From Amphiscolops sp. MND2022 (lineage: Eukaryota): a stretch of 64,000 bases of DNA. The notes beneath the pieces were generated by a model. The model had not been told where the DNA came from, made no database searches, and was given only the letters and a program-made list of their open reading frames with translations. This document shows, one piece after another, positions 50,611 to 64,000 of this stretch. Where the stretch lies: assembly GCA_964187785.1 (NCBI GenBank), contig OZ076412.1, positions 7,316,001 through 7,380,000 of the forward strand, given 5' to 3'. The translations under genes were made by a program, and so were the position numbers. Position 1 is the first letter of the stretch; every line of letters begins with the position of its first letter.

Positions 50611-50930
50611 TTCTCTTTATTCTTGTAAATTTTAGGACACATGTGAAACTTTTCATGTGTTTGAAAATTTGAAAATTTGGAAAGTAAAATTAGCTATGAA
50701 TGTTGCTGTTTTGATGTGCTACACACTCGCAAAATGAACTCAACATAGTCGAGAGTCTGAAGTCTTCCTTATTTTGTTTTTTTTTCTTTGATTTGTTGAT
50801 ACGAAATTAAAAACAAAAACTGAACAAGGAATCAAATACACTATGGTATCAAAAAGCTACGTACACCAACATTTTTTTAAAAAAACTCAGAACAGTAAAA
50901 TTTGAAACAACTGTTGAAACAAATAATAAA

Positions 50931-51499
50931 TCAATATCCCGTCAAACTACCATGGTTTTTGATTACCTTCACCAGACGATTCTCATACGATGAGTACAAG
51001 TTGCGAACAACATCAGGGTTTATGTTGTTCCACACTTCCATAACCTTTTCTTCTAAATTCTCCCAGGTAACAATCTGACCTCGCAAGCTTTTTTTAAAAA
51101 TGGCCCAAATATTTTCGATAGGATTCAGGTCAGGACTGTAAGCTGGCCAATCCAGCACCTCCCATTGCTCTTGGGCCAGAAAATTGCGAACAACTTCACT
51201 TTTGTGTACTGGGGCGTTGTCTTGCTGGAACACCAAATCCGGTATATTCAAATGTCGATCGTATTGCTTTAAAATCTCCAAATATCCGTAACTGTTGAGT
51301 GTTGCGGGACATTTAATTAGCATTTTTCTACCATCTGATCTGATGGCCCCCCAAAACATCATAGATCTTTTGTCTGTGCGTATTCCCTGTATGTTTTTCG
51401 GGCAAAAGCGACGACCAGTTTTCCTGAACACCCGCACAACGCCATCACTATTCAAGCGCACACGGGTTTCGTCTGAGAATACGACGTTTTCCCAGAAGC
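50931..51499 (-). CDS. Tc1 transposase, 3' part (catalytic domain)
   Basis: FWENVVFSDETRV...DNAPVH...IENIW, open to the stop codon; begins after an AG. Confidence 0.8.
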
Positions 51500-52001
51500 C
51501 TAGTTTCCATTCAGCCGAATTTCAGAACAAAAATGCAAAAGTTCGAGTGAAACAAAAACAACCTTCCTCAAGCTTACAATAACACCCAAATCTGGCCAGC
51601 GAATATGCATCTAAGGTAGTGCAGAAGGTCCCCCCTCTCATTTTCTCTTATTTAACGTAACATACGAAACCGAACGAGACTAAAGGGTCCCCTTTCAAAC
51701 TTTATGATATTTTGGTGTTTTGAGGTTTTTTGTCTTTTCATAAAAGTTCTGAGCAGAGTTTCTACACTTTGCGCTTTTTGAGCCTTAGGTTTAGCGCCGA
51801 CTTTAGATGTTCTCGTCTTGTATCTATGACAGCACCATCAAAAGCGCTATTAGTTCACTCTACCAAAGTGATTGATTTGATAAAATTTTTTATTTCGTTT
51901 TGGTTTTTTCGGCACTTTGAGACTTTTCTCAAATATTTTTTCTTTCAAAAAATTCCATAACTTTTTCCCATTTTCGGTGAAAATTGACGCTGGATAAAAA
52001 C

Positions 52002-52434
52002 CAAGGGGCTTTTTCAACATTCTCGAGCACCAGCGTTTTCTGACCAGCCTTTGTTTTTTGTTCAAGTTAAACTTTTTTGCGGCTTTTCTAGAAACAATTC
52101 CGTACTTCTTAAGGATTCTTCGAATAGTGCATTTAGAAACTGTCTTTGACGTTGAAAAAGAGTTTTGCAGTACTCTTACTCGTTCTAATGTTGTTTTTGG
52201 GTCTTTTTCCACTCTTCGAACTATTAGTCTTTGCTCTTTTTCGCTGAACTTTTCTGGCCGGCCTGGAGGTTTTTTCGCCACATAAGAGTTCGTTCTCAAA
52301 AAACGCTGATAAGCTGTTTGAGCTGTCGATCGAGATTTAAGACCCAACTTTTCTTTAATTTCTTTGTATGATAAACCCATTTCGCGAAGTGTAACGATTT
52401 TGCAAACAACGTATGAATCCAAAGGTTTGACCAT
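52002..52434 (-). CDS. Tc1 transposase, 5' part (DNA-binding domain)
   Basis: MVKPLDS...KKPPGRPEK...RMLKKPL; ends at a possible GT donor. Confidence 0.75.
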
Positions 52435-54802
52435 TTTCAACAATGTTTAATTCAAGAGTGATTGATTTCACTTCCGGTTGAGAATGAAAATGAAAAGTTC
52501 TTCACAAACTGACTGAGACTTAATTTTCAGCTGTACGTAGCTTTTTGCTACCATAGTGTAGATATCCAGTTCAGTTTTGAAGGTTAAATGCAGCTTTAGT
52601 ACGCAAACTGTAAACATCACCATAATGGTTGAAAATTACCAAACCTGCATTTTTTGACAACTTTATGACTTTTTGAAGTTTAGAAAATTTTTTTTCGGAA
52701 GTGTCAAAAAGCTCCACAAAATGTGATCAGGTGTGTAGAACGTCTTTAAACGAGGAATTAGCAGTTTTGTTTAAAGATTTGAAGAAAAGTGCGTCAAAAT
52801 GACATATTATTCAAGTATTCCAGATTGTTCAAATATTCGACTTTTTATGCATTTTTTTATGAAACTTTCGAGCGATTTCATGGTGTAGGTTGATGTCAGC
52901 ATTGAATTACGACTAACCTCGACAGTACACCGAGAAGTCGAAACATTGACAAAATTTCGGCAAAAGTTTTTCAAAGCTTCATTTCTCCGCAAATAATAGC
53001 TGCAGCTCCAATCGGTTTTTTGTTCCTGAAAGCCCTTCACCTAAGCTTTCAAATGCACACTAGGGCCTTTCAAATGCTGCATTGGGCCTTTCAAATATCA
53101 GTTGAACTCATAACTGAAGCTTCATTGAAAAAACTTCTATATGCGTTTTCAATGGTGGCAAACTGTGTTACTAGAGTGGGACAGTAATTTAGCTCTGATA
53201 TGTACTTTTTTGCAATTTTTCTTTTTTTTTCAGTTTTCAGTTACTTTTTTGCCAGTGGCTCGGAAGAAATCTATATTGACACAAATAACAATTCACACCA
53301 GATAGTCCAATAGATTGTCGATAAGAAAAACAATTCTTCGTTTTCCTCTATGCTTTTTGCGTGAATTTATTATTGATTGCGAAAAAATCGCTGGCCTCAT
53401 TTGAGGATGAAATCACTGTCGAGGCTAAACCTGGTATCCAAGGGACTTTTTCGAAACAAGTCTTGAGCTTCAAAATGGTCTCAAAAAATTTGGAACGATA
53501 TCCAATTTCTGAAAGTTTTACCGATGTTTCCCATAAAACTATAAAAAATTGGGAGATTAAAAATATCAAAGAGTTCCTGAAAAAATACCCACCCAGGAGG
53601 GTCTTTGAAAGAAAGTTCTCAGTCTTTTGGAAGAAAAGTAAGTCGGAATTTTTCAAAACTTTTTTTACTAATTTCCATTCTTCGTTTTGCAAATTTTGAG
53701 AATTGTTTGAAACAATTGTAGAATATCAAGATAATATTGTTTATCGACGCTGAAGTGTTCACTTAGTTGGCGATTGTAATGAGGTATTTGCAGTCTGAGT
53801 TCGAAATTAGTCAAAAACGGTCGAAAACTCCGAAACTTTTGTGCATTTCTCGTGAAACTTTCGCGAAATATCGTGAAGTGAAACGAATCAAAACGAATGA
53901 ACTTAATATTCAGCACGTTTTGTTGAAGAATGAACGGCAACGTCTTGTTAGAATAGGACACACGATTATCCTAAAGACGAGAAAATAATCACAATAAACT
54001 AGTTTTTCGACAAAATAGTTTTTTTCAGAAACTAGTTTCCCTCGACATGAACGTTGAAGCAATAGGCAATTCAAAACCAAAACGTTTCCGGAGAGAAATT
54101 CTTCGAAGAAAAATGCGTCGACGTTTTCTGACATTAAACTCCTAATTTTTGACAGTTTTCGGAAGTTTTTTTGGAAAACTCAGCAGGATTAGCAAAATAC
54201 ATGTATCTACCAGTTTGCGTTTTTAAAAGAAGTTGGACCAAATTAGGGTAAAAATAAAAACAACGATTGAACTCTTTGCCTATTGGACGTTTTGGAAGAG
54301 ATTTCTATAGTTTTTTGTTCGCGAAGTACCTCAAAATAACCTGAAAGTAGTCGATAACATCCAAAGTATCCACATAGTTCAACAACAAAACAATTAGGTA
54401 CTCAGCATCTTAGACTCAAAAGCGCAAAACAATTTTTTTGGAAAAAAAACTTGAATTTTTTACTTTTTTTCTTTCTAAAATTGTCGCATAGTGCCAAAAA
54501 TGTAAAAGGGGGACTCTATTTGACTCATAAACATACATTCTGTTGCAAAATAACGAAAACTCGAAGGGGAACCCTTTGGGGACATTAAAATATTTTCGAG
54601 AGAAAGGCGCACAGTGCCGAAAAAAAATCGAAAAGGGGACTCTTCTGTCTCCTCCGGTTTTGTAGGTTACGTTAAAAAAGTAAAAAATCGAAGGAGGACC
54701 CCTTGGATATAAAAAAAAGTTGAAGAAAAAGTCTCACAGTGCCGAAAAAAAATCAAAAAGGGCGCAGTTTAGTCCCGTCCGGTTTCGTAGGTTACGTTTA
54801 AA

Positions 54803-55551
54803 TGTAACGTCCGGCAGTCGGCGTTGCTGAAGTTTTTGAAAATTTCGATCAAAAATTCGAAATGTGCGGCATCAAACAAGCACATTCAAGATGGCCGACC
54901 CGGCAGGTACAAAAACCGAAGAGGAAGCAAAAAAAGGCAGAACGGAGCCAGACCCAGCCCGAGAGAGAGACCCCGTTGTCCCTGACACCCGAAAAAACCC
55001 AGAAGAGGCTAAAGAGAAGAAGAAAACCACGGGTTGTGTCATACCCTCAAAGGATGTCCTGGAAGGCCCGAACGAGATCGAGAACCCGACAGTGGTTTGC
55101 CCGAAGATTTTGGAAACTGCATGAAGATCAGCATGTTTTATCATTTTCAGTGCATTTGTAGCTATTGCCCTTTATTTTGCAGATTTATGATGGTTCAGGG
55201 TCTACTAGATCCCTGTTTTGCCCATTTTAGATCTTATTCACAGAATTGATGTACTTTAGCTAAACCTCTGTTTTTTGGCCTCGGAAGTATGTGCGAAGTC
55301 GCAGGAACGCATTAGAAACCTAGGATTCGTTTTTACAGGCTTGTGGGGCGTGTCCGGACTTTGAGAGTGCCGGCGCGTCGCCTCGGAGCTCTAACTAGAG
55401 GAGCCTCCTTAAACGAAAGAAAAGTCCCCCTTGGAGACCATTTTGGGATCAAAAACTAGTGTCTAGGGCTGTAGTAAGACAACGATCTCTTGTTTAAGCA
55501 CCCTAGGCATTGTCCCTCTTCCTAGATGTGCGCCGCTAGCTGGACATTACA
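54803..55551 (+). repeat. LTR (749 bp) followed by a tRNA-Arg-like PBS
   Basis: TGTAAC...TTACA termini; TGGCGACCACAGAGGGA at 55568-55584. Confidence 0.8.
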
Positions 55552-58500
55552 TCTGGAATAGTTTTTATGGCGACCACAGAGGGATATTTTTCCATTTCCA
55601 CGTCCTGCGAGGAGCAACTCCTGCTTTCCGGCCCCGGAGGGTCCAGATCTAGGAAAACATTTTGGAGAGTCCTAGACTTTTTTAATTGCCTTAATCAACC
55701 CTTTTAGGCTTTCTTCTAGATGAATTCCTGCGTTTCCTGCATGTTTCCGAGGTCTGCAAAGAGAAATAACTGATTTTCGGCAAAGTACCGTTTTGACACC
55801 GTTTCTGCTTACCGAGATTAGCCATCCGGTTTAACTGGATTCTGTTTTAAAGGGTTTTGTGGTGTCATTTTAGCTTAGTTGTAAAGTATTGGGACTGCAG
55901 GGACGTGGTGTGAGCGCCTCCACTAGTTGTGACGACGGAGTGACGTCCTTCACGGCAACACCCTCTTGACCCACTTGTGGATCACTACGAATCGGCTGGG
56001 TTACAATCTCCTTTTTTGTTTTTGTGGCTTTAAAAGCCTACTCCCAGGCGTACTCCCATTAGTAAAATTTGAGAAAAATACCCACTGGGTATTCCGATTG
56101 TTTTCTGAAAAAATATAGCCAGCTAGCCATAACACCCTATATAGCTCAAATATCGATATGGTTACTTTTAAAAGTCGAAATTTTTCAGAAGATAGTACGG
56201 CCAATGGGAATACAATAAAAACGTTCCATTAGACCTATCAGGTCAGGAACAGAAAAGTTTGTTTAGCTAAATTGTCAAAAACACCGAAAACTTTTTTTGA
56301 AAACGTCAACTTTGGACTTTGAGACGAAAAATGGTAAGGGCGAAGCCCTGTTCGTTTTTCTCAGAGCATTGCGAGCCACCTAAAACTCTTTTTCCCGAGC
56401 CAGATATTAGAAAACGTTATGTCAAGCAGTTTTTTGAGGCCCTCCAAAGAGATATTGAATACCAGCCAAGTTTAATTGTTACATACAATAGCCGCCTATC
56501 AGTCATCATTAGTTACAAAAGCCAAAATTTTTCAGAAGAGGGTACGGCCAGTGGCAATACAATAAAAACGTTCCATCAGAACTGTTAGGTTGGGAACAGA
56601 AAAACTTGTTTGGCTAAACTGTTGAAACATCGAAAAATTTAGCGATTTTTGTTGAAAAAACATCAATTTTGGCCTGAAAGACCAAAATTGGTGAGGACGA
56701 AGCCTTGGCCATTGGTTCCCAATCTTTTAGATCAACTCAAAAACATTGTTCCGGAGCTTGGTAGTATGAAATACTACTGCCAAAACAAATTTTAGCATCC
56801 CCCAATAAAAATTGAAACTTTCACCCTTGATTTTCTTTGATATACATAGACCTGAGTAGAGCACCCCATAGACCTGAGAGTTATAACATCAAAACTAATA
56901 ATTGAAACAACCCCAGTCCCCTGAATAGAGTTTTTACACCTTATTAGGTTACGTTTAGGACAATCCCGAAGATCTGCGAACCGAGAAATAAAAAGTTGCT
57001 AGGGAAAATACGTATTTTTCACATTGTTCCAAGAATGTAAAAAGTGTAACTTGTTTATTTTTTTGAGAGACCTTATTTGGAACCTGCCAGGTTTCGCTTG
57101 CCTATTTTCTGTTAGTATAAAGTATAACGTTGCAAACACAGAAAACCGCGAGTGATTCTAACCAGTGGTTGCTGAGAAATAGCCAAAAAGGTGTTATTTT
57201 TGCGACATTTTGGGAATTCGGCAATCACGTATTTTTGACGAGTCAGACTCTCTCCTAGCAGGAAGAGCCAAAAAGAGATTGCACCATCGTGTTGAGCGCA
57301 AACAGTTATGCAAGTAGCCGCTAAATTGTGGTGGCGCTACCATTGATATCCGTGGAAAAATCTTAGCCGCAGTTTTGCTCAAAAGTCGTGTGAAAATGTC
57401 GAAAAAATGGAAGTTTAGTTGAGCATAGTGCAATACCTCACAGGTATTCCAGCACTAAAATTCTTGCATTTTCGTACGCACGGCACTAGATCCCGACAAT
57501 TTGTGCAATTTGAGCAGCCGGCTACTAGCCAAAGCTGAGAAATTGACATTTTTGTGAATTTTGACGCGAAAAAGTGGTACCTCTGGTACATCAAGGTTTT
57601 GTCACCTCGGATCGCCGAATGTTGATCCAGGCACCTCACCGACGTGTTTTGCTGTTACGTGAGCAAAAGTGACGCTCGCATGCAAAGATTCAGGTGACTG
57701 AGACGCCTAGAAGGCGAGTTTGACCACTTTTTGTGAATTTCATGACTTAGTCAAATTTTCAGTGAACATTGTTAAGTGGCCGTGACACCCACAGGGTCAA
57801 TTTTGACGCAATCGGAGGTTTATTTTCCACGATTCGGCCAGTGTATTAGACGGTGTGAAATTTTCAGGTCGCTAGCAGCGCTAGAAGTGATTTTCACCTT
57901 CCCCTGAGGTGCATGTTGACGAAAAAATTGTTGATTTTGGGTATTTTGCCAAAAAATAACATAGTTTTTGTCAGTGTACGTGCCAGTGAGGGCCAAGGCG
58001 AGCCCAGTAGCATACCCGACGCCTTCAAGACGTTTTGTTGAATCACTGTGATTAGTGCTAAGCTGACCCCAAGATCTCGGGTCTCTGAGAAAACCGGTCT
58101 ACGAGACATAGAGGTGAAAAACCGAAAAGGGAAATTCGCCTCCTGACTGCTATCAAAGTCACCCAAGTGCAATCTATCCATTGCGAACATGCATGCGCGA
58201 TGCGTTTTGTACCTCGTGGGTGCTGGAGCACGTTTATAGGCACTTTTAGAGGTTTAGACTTTGAACGCAGTGCGTCTCAAAACAGAACAACAAGTACACT
58301 AGTGACCACCAGAGTTGAAAAAGAACGCTTTTTCTGATCGTACTACAATCGTAAGGCAAAAAACCACTTTAAACTCAGTGTCTCTCCTCCTACTCACCCC
58401 CAAGGTCTACCCGTAGTCTCTAATCACATTTTTGTTATTACTTGTGCCCCCCAGAAACAGGGCAGCATGAGTGACAAACGGACTTTTCAGACAATCTAAC

Positions 58501-59923
58501 ACCTGTAGCCAAGCAGGCTTCCCAAAAAATCAGTATTCGTTGCTCGATTCACGCCTAAGGTGTACTTTGGTGCTCGGTACCACAGTTGCGTGAACCATGT
58601 CGATGTGAAAACACCGGACAAGATATTGGCCCGGGGAGTACCCGTACTCTCCCGAGAGAAATTAACACCAAGCATGATGAAACACCTAGAGCTTCGAAGC
58701 TCTGAGAACTGCTTGGCCTGCGGCCGTGCTTTTAGAACTCGAATGATTGCTCTGGAACTTGTTTTTATTGCCGAAGACTGTTTTCATGATCTATCATGCC
58801 TGATTTTTTACTTTTATTGGTTCTGCTCTATCATCGCTAGTGACATTGTCATCCTCTTGAAAAGCAGTTTATTTCCATCTCTTGCATTTACACTGGTGCT
58901 TGTACTACCTAGACAATAGCTTTATCTGAGCGTACACTGCTAACACAATAAACCGAATGGGTCATCACTTTTGATGATATTTTTGATTTTTTGAGCCCTG
59001 TTTAACCATTGGTGCTAGTTATTGTGCAGTTTCTGTTGGCCATGAACTTTGCAAGACCACAGCTGTTACTTTTAATTTACGCTTTTCAAGTGCTATCGTG
59101 CATTTTGTAAAACCTAACCTATCAGATGGGCCCCTGGTCAGTGCCAAACCTGTTGTGATGAGTGCTTTTTATGCAGATGCAATAAGGTGCTAGAAATTTT
59201 GAAACTTTGGTGCGAAATTAAAAGTTTGAAATTGTTTTGAATAAATGGCTGAATTTGAATAAAAGTGTCTGAAGTTGCTCATATTATTTTCCAGTGCAAG
59301 AACTCGTTGTTGGTGTGGAATCCAAGGAAGCCTGCTAGGCTGGCAAAAACTCATGTTTTTGGGCAATAACGTGTTTTTGGGCAACGACTTCCATTCAGAT
59401 TCCTGAAGTACCATGTTGCAACAGTATCACTGGATCACTGGATGGTAGCAACCAAGATGTGAACGTCCTCTCTCGTTTGTCGAGGACGACAAACTACGGC
59501 CCGGGGAGGATGTAACGTCCGGCAGTCGGCGAACAGAACGAACTTTGAAAATTTCGTTCAAGATGTCAAAATGTGCGATATCGAAGAATGCACAAGATGG
59601 CCGACCTGACAGGTACTGGAATTAGAAAAAGAGGACAAAAGAGTGCAAAAGAGGACCCACCCCCCACCCAGGAACAAGAAAGTCCGAGATGTCATCACCC
59701 AGAAGGCGAGAGAATCAGGAATTCTGCCATCTGACAGCAAAAAGACAGGGCTTTGGCAGAAAAGTGCCAAATGAGACCATTGTGCCCCGAAGATGAGGAA
59801 TGAAAAAATCGAAGGGGGACCCCTTGGATATAAAAAAAAGTTGAAGAAAAAGTCTCACAGTGCCGACAAAAATCAAAAATTGGCACACTTTAGTCCCGTC
59901 CGGTTTCGTAGGTTACGTTTAAA

Positions 59924-60669
59924 TGTAACCTCCGGCAGTCGGCGTTGCTGAAGTTTTTGAAAATTTCGATCAAAAATTCGAAATGTGCGGCATCAAACAA
60001 GCACATTCAAGATGGCCGACCCGGCAGGTACAAAAACCGAAGAGGAAGCAAAAAAAGGCATAACGGAGCCAGACCCAGCCCGAGAGAGAGACCCCGTTGT
60101 CCCTGACACCCGGAGAAACCCAGAAGAGGCTAAAGAGAAGAAGAAAACCACGGGTTGTGTCATACCCTCAAAGGATGTCCTGGAAGGCCCGAACGAGATC
60201 GAGAACCCGACAGTGGTTTGCCCGAAGATTTTGGAAACTGCATGAAGATCAGCATGTTTTATCATTTTCAGTGCATTTGTAGCTATTGCCCTTTATTTTG
60301 CAGATTTATGATGGTTCAGGGTCTACTAGATTCCTGTTTTGCCCATTTTAGATCTTATTTACAGAATTGATGTACTTTAGCTAAACCTCTGTTTTTTGGC
60401 CTCGGAAGTATGTGGGAAGTCGCAGGAACGCATTAGGAACCTAGGATTCGTTTTTACAGGCTTGTGGGGCGTGCTCGGACATTGAGAGTGCCGGCACGTT
60501 GCCTCGGAGTTCTAACTAGAGGTGCCTCCTTAGACGGAAGGAGACCCCTTGGAGACCATTTTGGGATCAAAAACTAGTGTCTAGGGCTGTAGTAAGACAA
60601 CGGTCTCTTGTTTAAGCACCCTAGGCATTGTCCCTCTTCCTAGATGTGCGCCGCTAGCCGGAGGTTACA
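59924..60669 (+). repeat. LTR copy near-identical to 54803-55551, inserted in a HINE-like repeat
   Basis: Direct comparison; the repeat sequence resumes as AAAAGTAAAAAAT after TTACA. Confidence 0.85.
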
Positions 60670-61518
60670 AAAAGTAAAAAATGAAAAAAAGTGGACCGAT
60701 CAGTGTGAGGTCTGTGGTCTGAAGAAAAAAAGGTCACTGCTATAGTCGGGCATTTTTCCTTGAAAGGAAAACACGCTGACTAAAAAGCACGACTCGAAAC
60801 GGTGGCTAGTTTTTCGTCAGTTGAAGGCGATCGGTCCACTTTTTGGGCACTGTGCACTTTTACCATATGTACTTTGTACTTGATTTTGAACGCAGTCAGT
60901 CTCCAACATGAAAGAAAAAAACTTTTCCAGAGCAGTAGTTTCCCACTTTCCTTTTGTAAGATTTTTGGAATTTCCAGTAGCTCTAACTATTTATGAGAAT
61001 AACTCCACTACAACCCAATTAAACACGTAGGTACCATGCACGAGACAGGGACTGGCTGAGTATCTACATAAATTTATATTAACTCCGAAGAAGAGACGAA
61101 TCAACTTAATCGAAGGCGGTGGGGGTAAGTGTGACAAGGAAATCACGATCTTCGCAACTTTGTTATTTTACCGTTTTTCGGGGGGTTTGTCTCGCTACTC
61201 TTAGGCTGTTTTTAGAGTATCTTTTCGCTGATGAAAAGAAGCATTTTGAACTTTAATTAATACACAACAAATAAATAAGGCGATTAATAGACACAAATAC
61301 AATTTCACAACCACGAATAGTAGAATGAATAGTATGATAACATCGATAATAGCGGAGAATAGTACGGAGTATATTAGGAGGCATATAACACAAGAGAACA
61401 AAAACAAGGGTTTCAGAAAGGTTTATGTTTGTATCCGTGAGGATGGAGGTGATATCGAAGATATCGAAAGAATCAACTCGCTGCAAAATCTCTATCGGTC
61501 TCGGAATGAAAACAAAAT

Positions 61519-61663
61519 CCGTGTATTATCAGCCCACTTAGGCTTAAACCGTGTATTATTGGCCCACTTAGGCTCAACCGAGTATTATCAGCCCACTTAG
61601 GCTCAAACTTTGTATTATCAGCCCACTTAGGCTCAACCGTGTATTATCAGCCCACTTAGGCTC
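61519..61663. repeat. Minisatellite, five ~29-30-bp units
   Basis: CCGTGTATTATCAGCCCACTTAGGCTCAA repeated in tandem with no spacers. Confidence 0.9.
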
Positions 61664-64000
61664 TTTTACATGTAATACAAGAGACCTACAGTCCACCCTA
61701 CTCCGGGGTCGAAATCCGTACTAGCGAAAAGCGGGGTAGCATTTTATCAGGCTGCATCAGGTTGTTAGGCTGACGGCACGGGCTAACTGGCTAGTAAAAT
61801 CTGCAGTTTCGATCCGAAGTAAATCCGAAGTAAATCTGCAATTTCAATAGTCCGGCGTCTGATGCGGAATGCTATCGGACACCAAAGCAGCAAACCGTTT
61901 TTTAGATTTCAACTCACTTTTTGTGTCGCTAAAATAGTCGGTTTAGTCATATCATTATTCATAATTCGTCATCATTCCTTTTTGGGAGATTGACTAAGTG
62001 TTGAGCAATACAGATTTTCCTACTTCGGTACTACAAGTTCATCAGAAGTACGTTTTCTCAGCACGACTCAGTCCTGTTTCCAATTTCTTGTCAATCATGA
62101 CTAGTGTTTTTACTTCGTTTTCAATAAGATTTAAAGGGGAGGGTGTTACTGACTCAATTTTCCCCGTTTTGTAAACACGACTTGAACGTCGGCTTAGTGA
62201 TTGACATTTGCACTTTTTGCCAGGCCTGTTTTTCCCACACGGACCCTGACAACTCTCTTCAGCTAAATATGGCTGAAGGAAAAAATTTGCAACAATTTAC
62301 AATGACCTAAAAGGCGATTTTAATTCATAGTCCAAGAAGGTGATTTTCGTGTTACAAATTTGAAGGGCAAAAACTAAGTGTTCCGATCTCGCAGGGCTAA
62401 AACCAAGTACACCACTCAAAGTACTTATCAAGGGCTATCAAAGCTTACGACATGGTCAACTTTCTATTTCAACTCTTTCATGGTGAAAAACACCCTTAAA
62501 ATTTGGTAGTCGAAATTCACCTGTTAATTTTTACGCAAATCTCAATTTGGAGGGCTCATACTCAGTCATTTCGAAAGTTACAGGCTGGGGGCCTATATAC
62601 ATAGTTAGCCCAAGTCATTAGAAGTATTTTGCATTTCAAATGAGGTCTCTCGCTTGTTTCAACAAAATTTGGTGACGCGTTTTCTGAAAGGGGTCATTTT
62701 TCGAATTTTCGTGACCTGACCTCCAACTTTAGAGGTCAATATCTCAACACCAGGTCATTTTTCGGAAGAAGAAAAACGCTCCTGCTAAACGCTGTGTGCA
62801 AGCCTTCTGTGCGTCTACCCTGAAAGTGTCAGCTCGATATTGCCCAAAACGTGTGAGTGGGGTTCGCATTTTGGTAAGTCGATTTCAGTACTGACAACAA
62901 AAATTATCTACTTTCAAATCTTGGGGGTTTCTCACTAGCGCGCTGCGGCACTCTATTTTTTATTTCATTCACTCCTCCACTTCAATTCTCAAGTACGCTG
63001 CAAAGGGGGCGGCTATTGTGCGCTTCTACGTTTAGTACTAAACGATAACACGCGAAAAACGGCTATTTCGGCCATTTTGGGGCCTTTTTCAACGTTTGCT
63101 GGGTCAAATCTCAAAAACTATTGAATATTATTTATTTTCCATTTAACACAAGTTAGGACATTCATATGTCTTTAATTTAAGCCAGATCTGAACTTTTTTG
63201 ACAACTGTAGCGATCACACAAAATTTTTAAAGGAAACTGATTTTTGGAAATTCGTCAAAAGTTTACACGCACTTATTTTCAAAGCTTCCCCCTAATATGT
63301 TCCCGGGATTGCACAAAGCTCATATTCTCAACTTAAGCTTTCCTTGGAAAGGGCTGTCGAATGCTGAAAACCGTTTGTCGCTATCTTTTTTCACCTCCGA
63401 GAAATCGAGTTTTGATTTTTAATTTCTATCAAGAGGGGGGATAAATTCAAAGTGTGCGGCGGCCGTTTTCTTATCAGCTACGCGTACAGCCACTCATAGC
63501 GCGTTCTAATTTTCATTGCTTCCGCTTTCCTTACACGCTTAGGTGAGTTGCATTCATATGCTCAAAGCACAAAAAGCGAAGTTTCACTCTCGCTTACCCT
63601 CAAATACATGTATTAACATAGCAATTTGACTACATTTCTGTTCACAGTAAATTATGACTTCTAGTGCAATTTCTGTTGACACTCGTTCCTCAAAAGTTCC
63701 TAAATGTTTACTCAACACGTAGTGAGGCTGGTCGAAAAGGGACATTTTAGTGGTTTAATTTTTCTTTTATTCGCAATAGGTATCGAGAAATTCAATGGTA
63801 AAGTTTTGTTCCGATTAGAATTTTCTTACAATGGTTTAGGTGGCGGCGGCCGTTTTACTGCATAATACGTTGTGCGGCCGCTTCATAGCAGCTACGAATG
63901 GTTATTTTGGTTGTCCGCTTGACTAAAGACAATATTATTGACTTTAAACAATAAACAGTGCGAGGTACTTGAAGTACTTATTGTGATCTTTACTTTTATA

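Larger units (their letters stand above)
50839..52558 (-). mobile_element. Tc1-family DNA transposon (DD34E)
   Basis: 26-bp TIRs CACTATGGTA(T/G)CAAAAAGCTACGTAC and TA TSDs (50837-38, 52559-60). N-terminal HTH/GRP motif; VVFSDE, FQQDNAPVH and WPAYSPDLNPIENIW, with 34 residues between the second D and E. Confidence 0.95.
54803..60669 (+). mobile_element. Non-autonomous/chimeric LTR retroelement with ~4 kb of non-coding interior
   Basis: LTR-PBS-interior-PPT (GGGGAGGA at 59503-59510)-TGTAACG diverged partial LTR (59511-~59798), then a second near-identical LTR (59924-60669). No gag/pol ORF was recognised inside. Confidence 0.65.

Noticed and set aside
54864-55124. 86-aa ORF (MADPAGTKTEEE...) repeated in two LTR copies
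   Set aside because: The two LTRs are near-identical, so conservation is uninformative. The solo LTR at 46835-47574 has a stop after ~14 codons and the 59511 variant diverges.
61519-61663. CRISPR-like array of ~30-bp repeats
   Set aside because: No spacers, no cas genes and an animal context; it is a plain minisatellite.
61960-64000. Possible further DNA-transposon remnants, including a ~400-bp-period GGCGGCCGTTTT repeat
   Set aside because: No termini, TSD or coding motif could be defined.

Overview
AT-rich, repeat-dense animal genomic DNA with spliceosomal introns; the species cannot be established from the sequence. Two host genes are supported: a NACHT-like/WD40 protein (941-4966, +) and a two-exon CCDC81 (43916-39332, -). 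The window is dominated by a ~24-kb head-to-tail, internally duplicated array of one Bel/Pao LTR retrotransposon family (11471-35790, gag-pol on -). The main finding is that this element carries a spliced JmjC-domain (2-oxoglutarate/Fe(II) oxygenase, histone-demethylase-like) gene on the opposite strand, between the integrase stop and the 3' LTR. The copy at 14058-14912 is intact after splicing. Other features are a nest of four TIR elements inside one LTR, each carrying the same ~180-bp core; a Tc1 element whose transposase is restored by removing a GT-AG segment; a chimeric non-autonomous LTR element; and Helentron/DINE-like and tRNA-SINE repeats. All family assignments come from motif recognition by eye; no searches were run.
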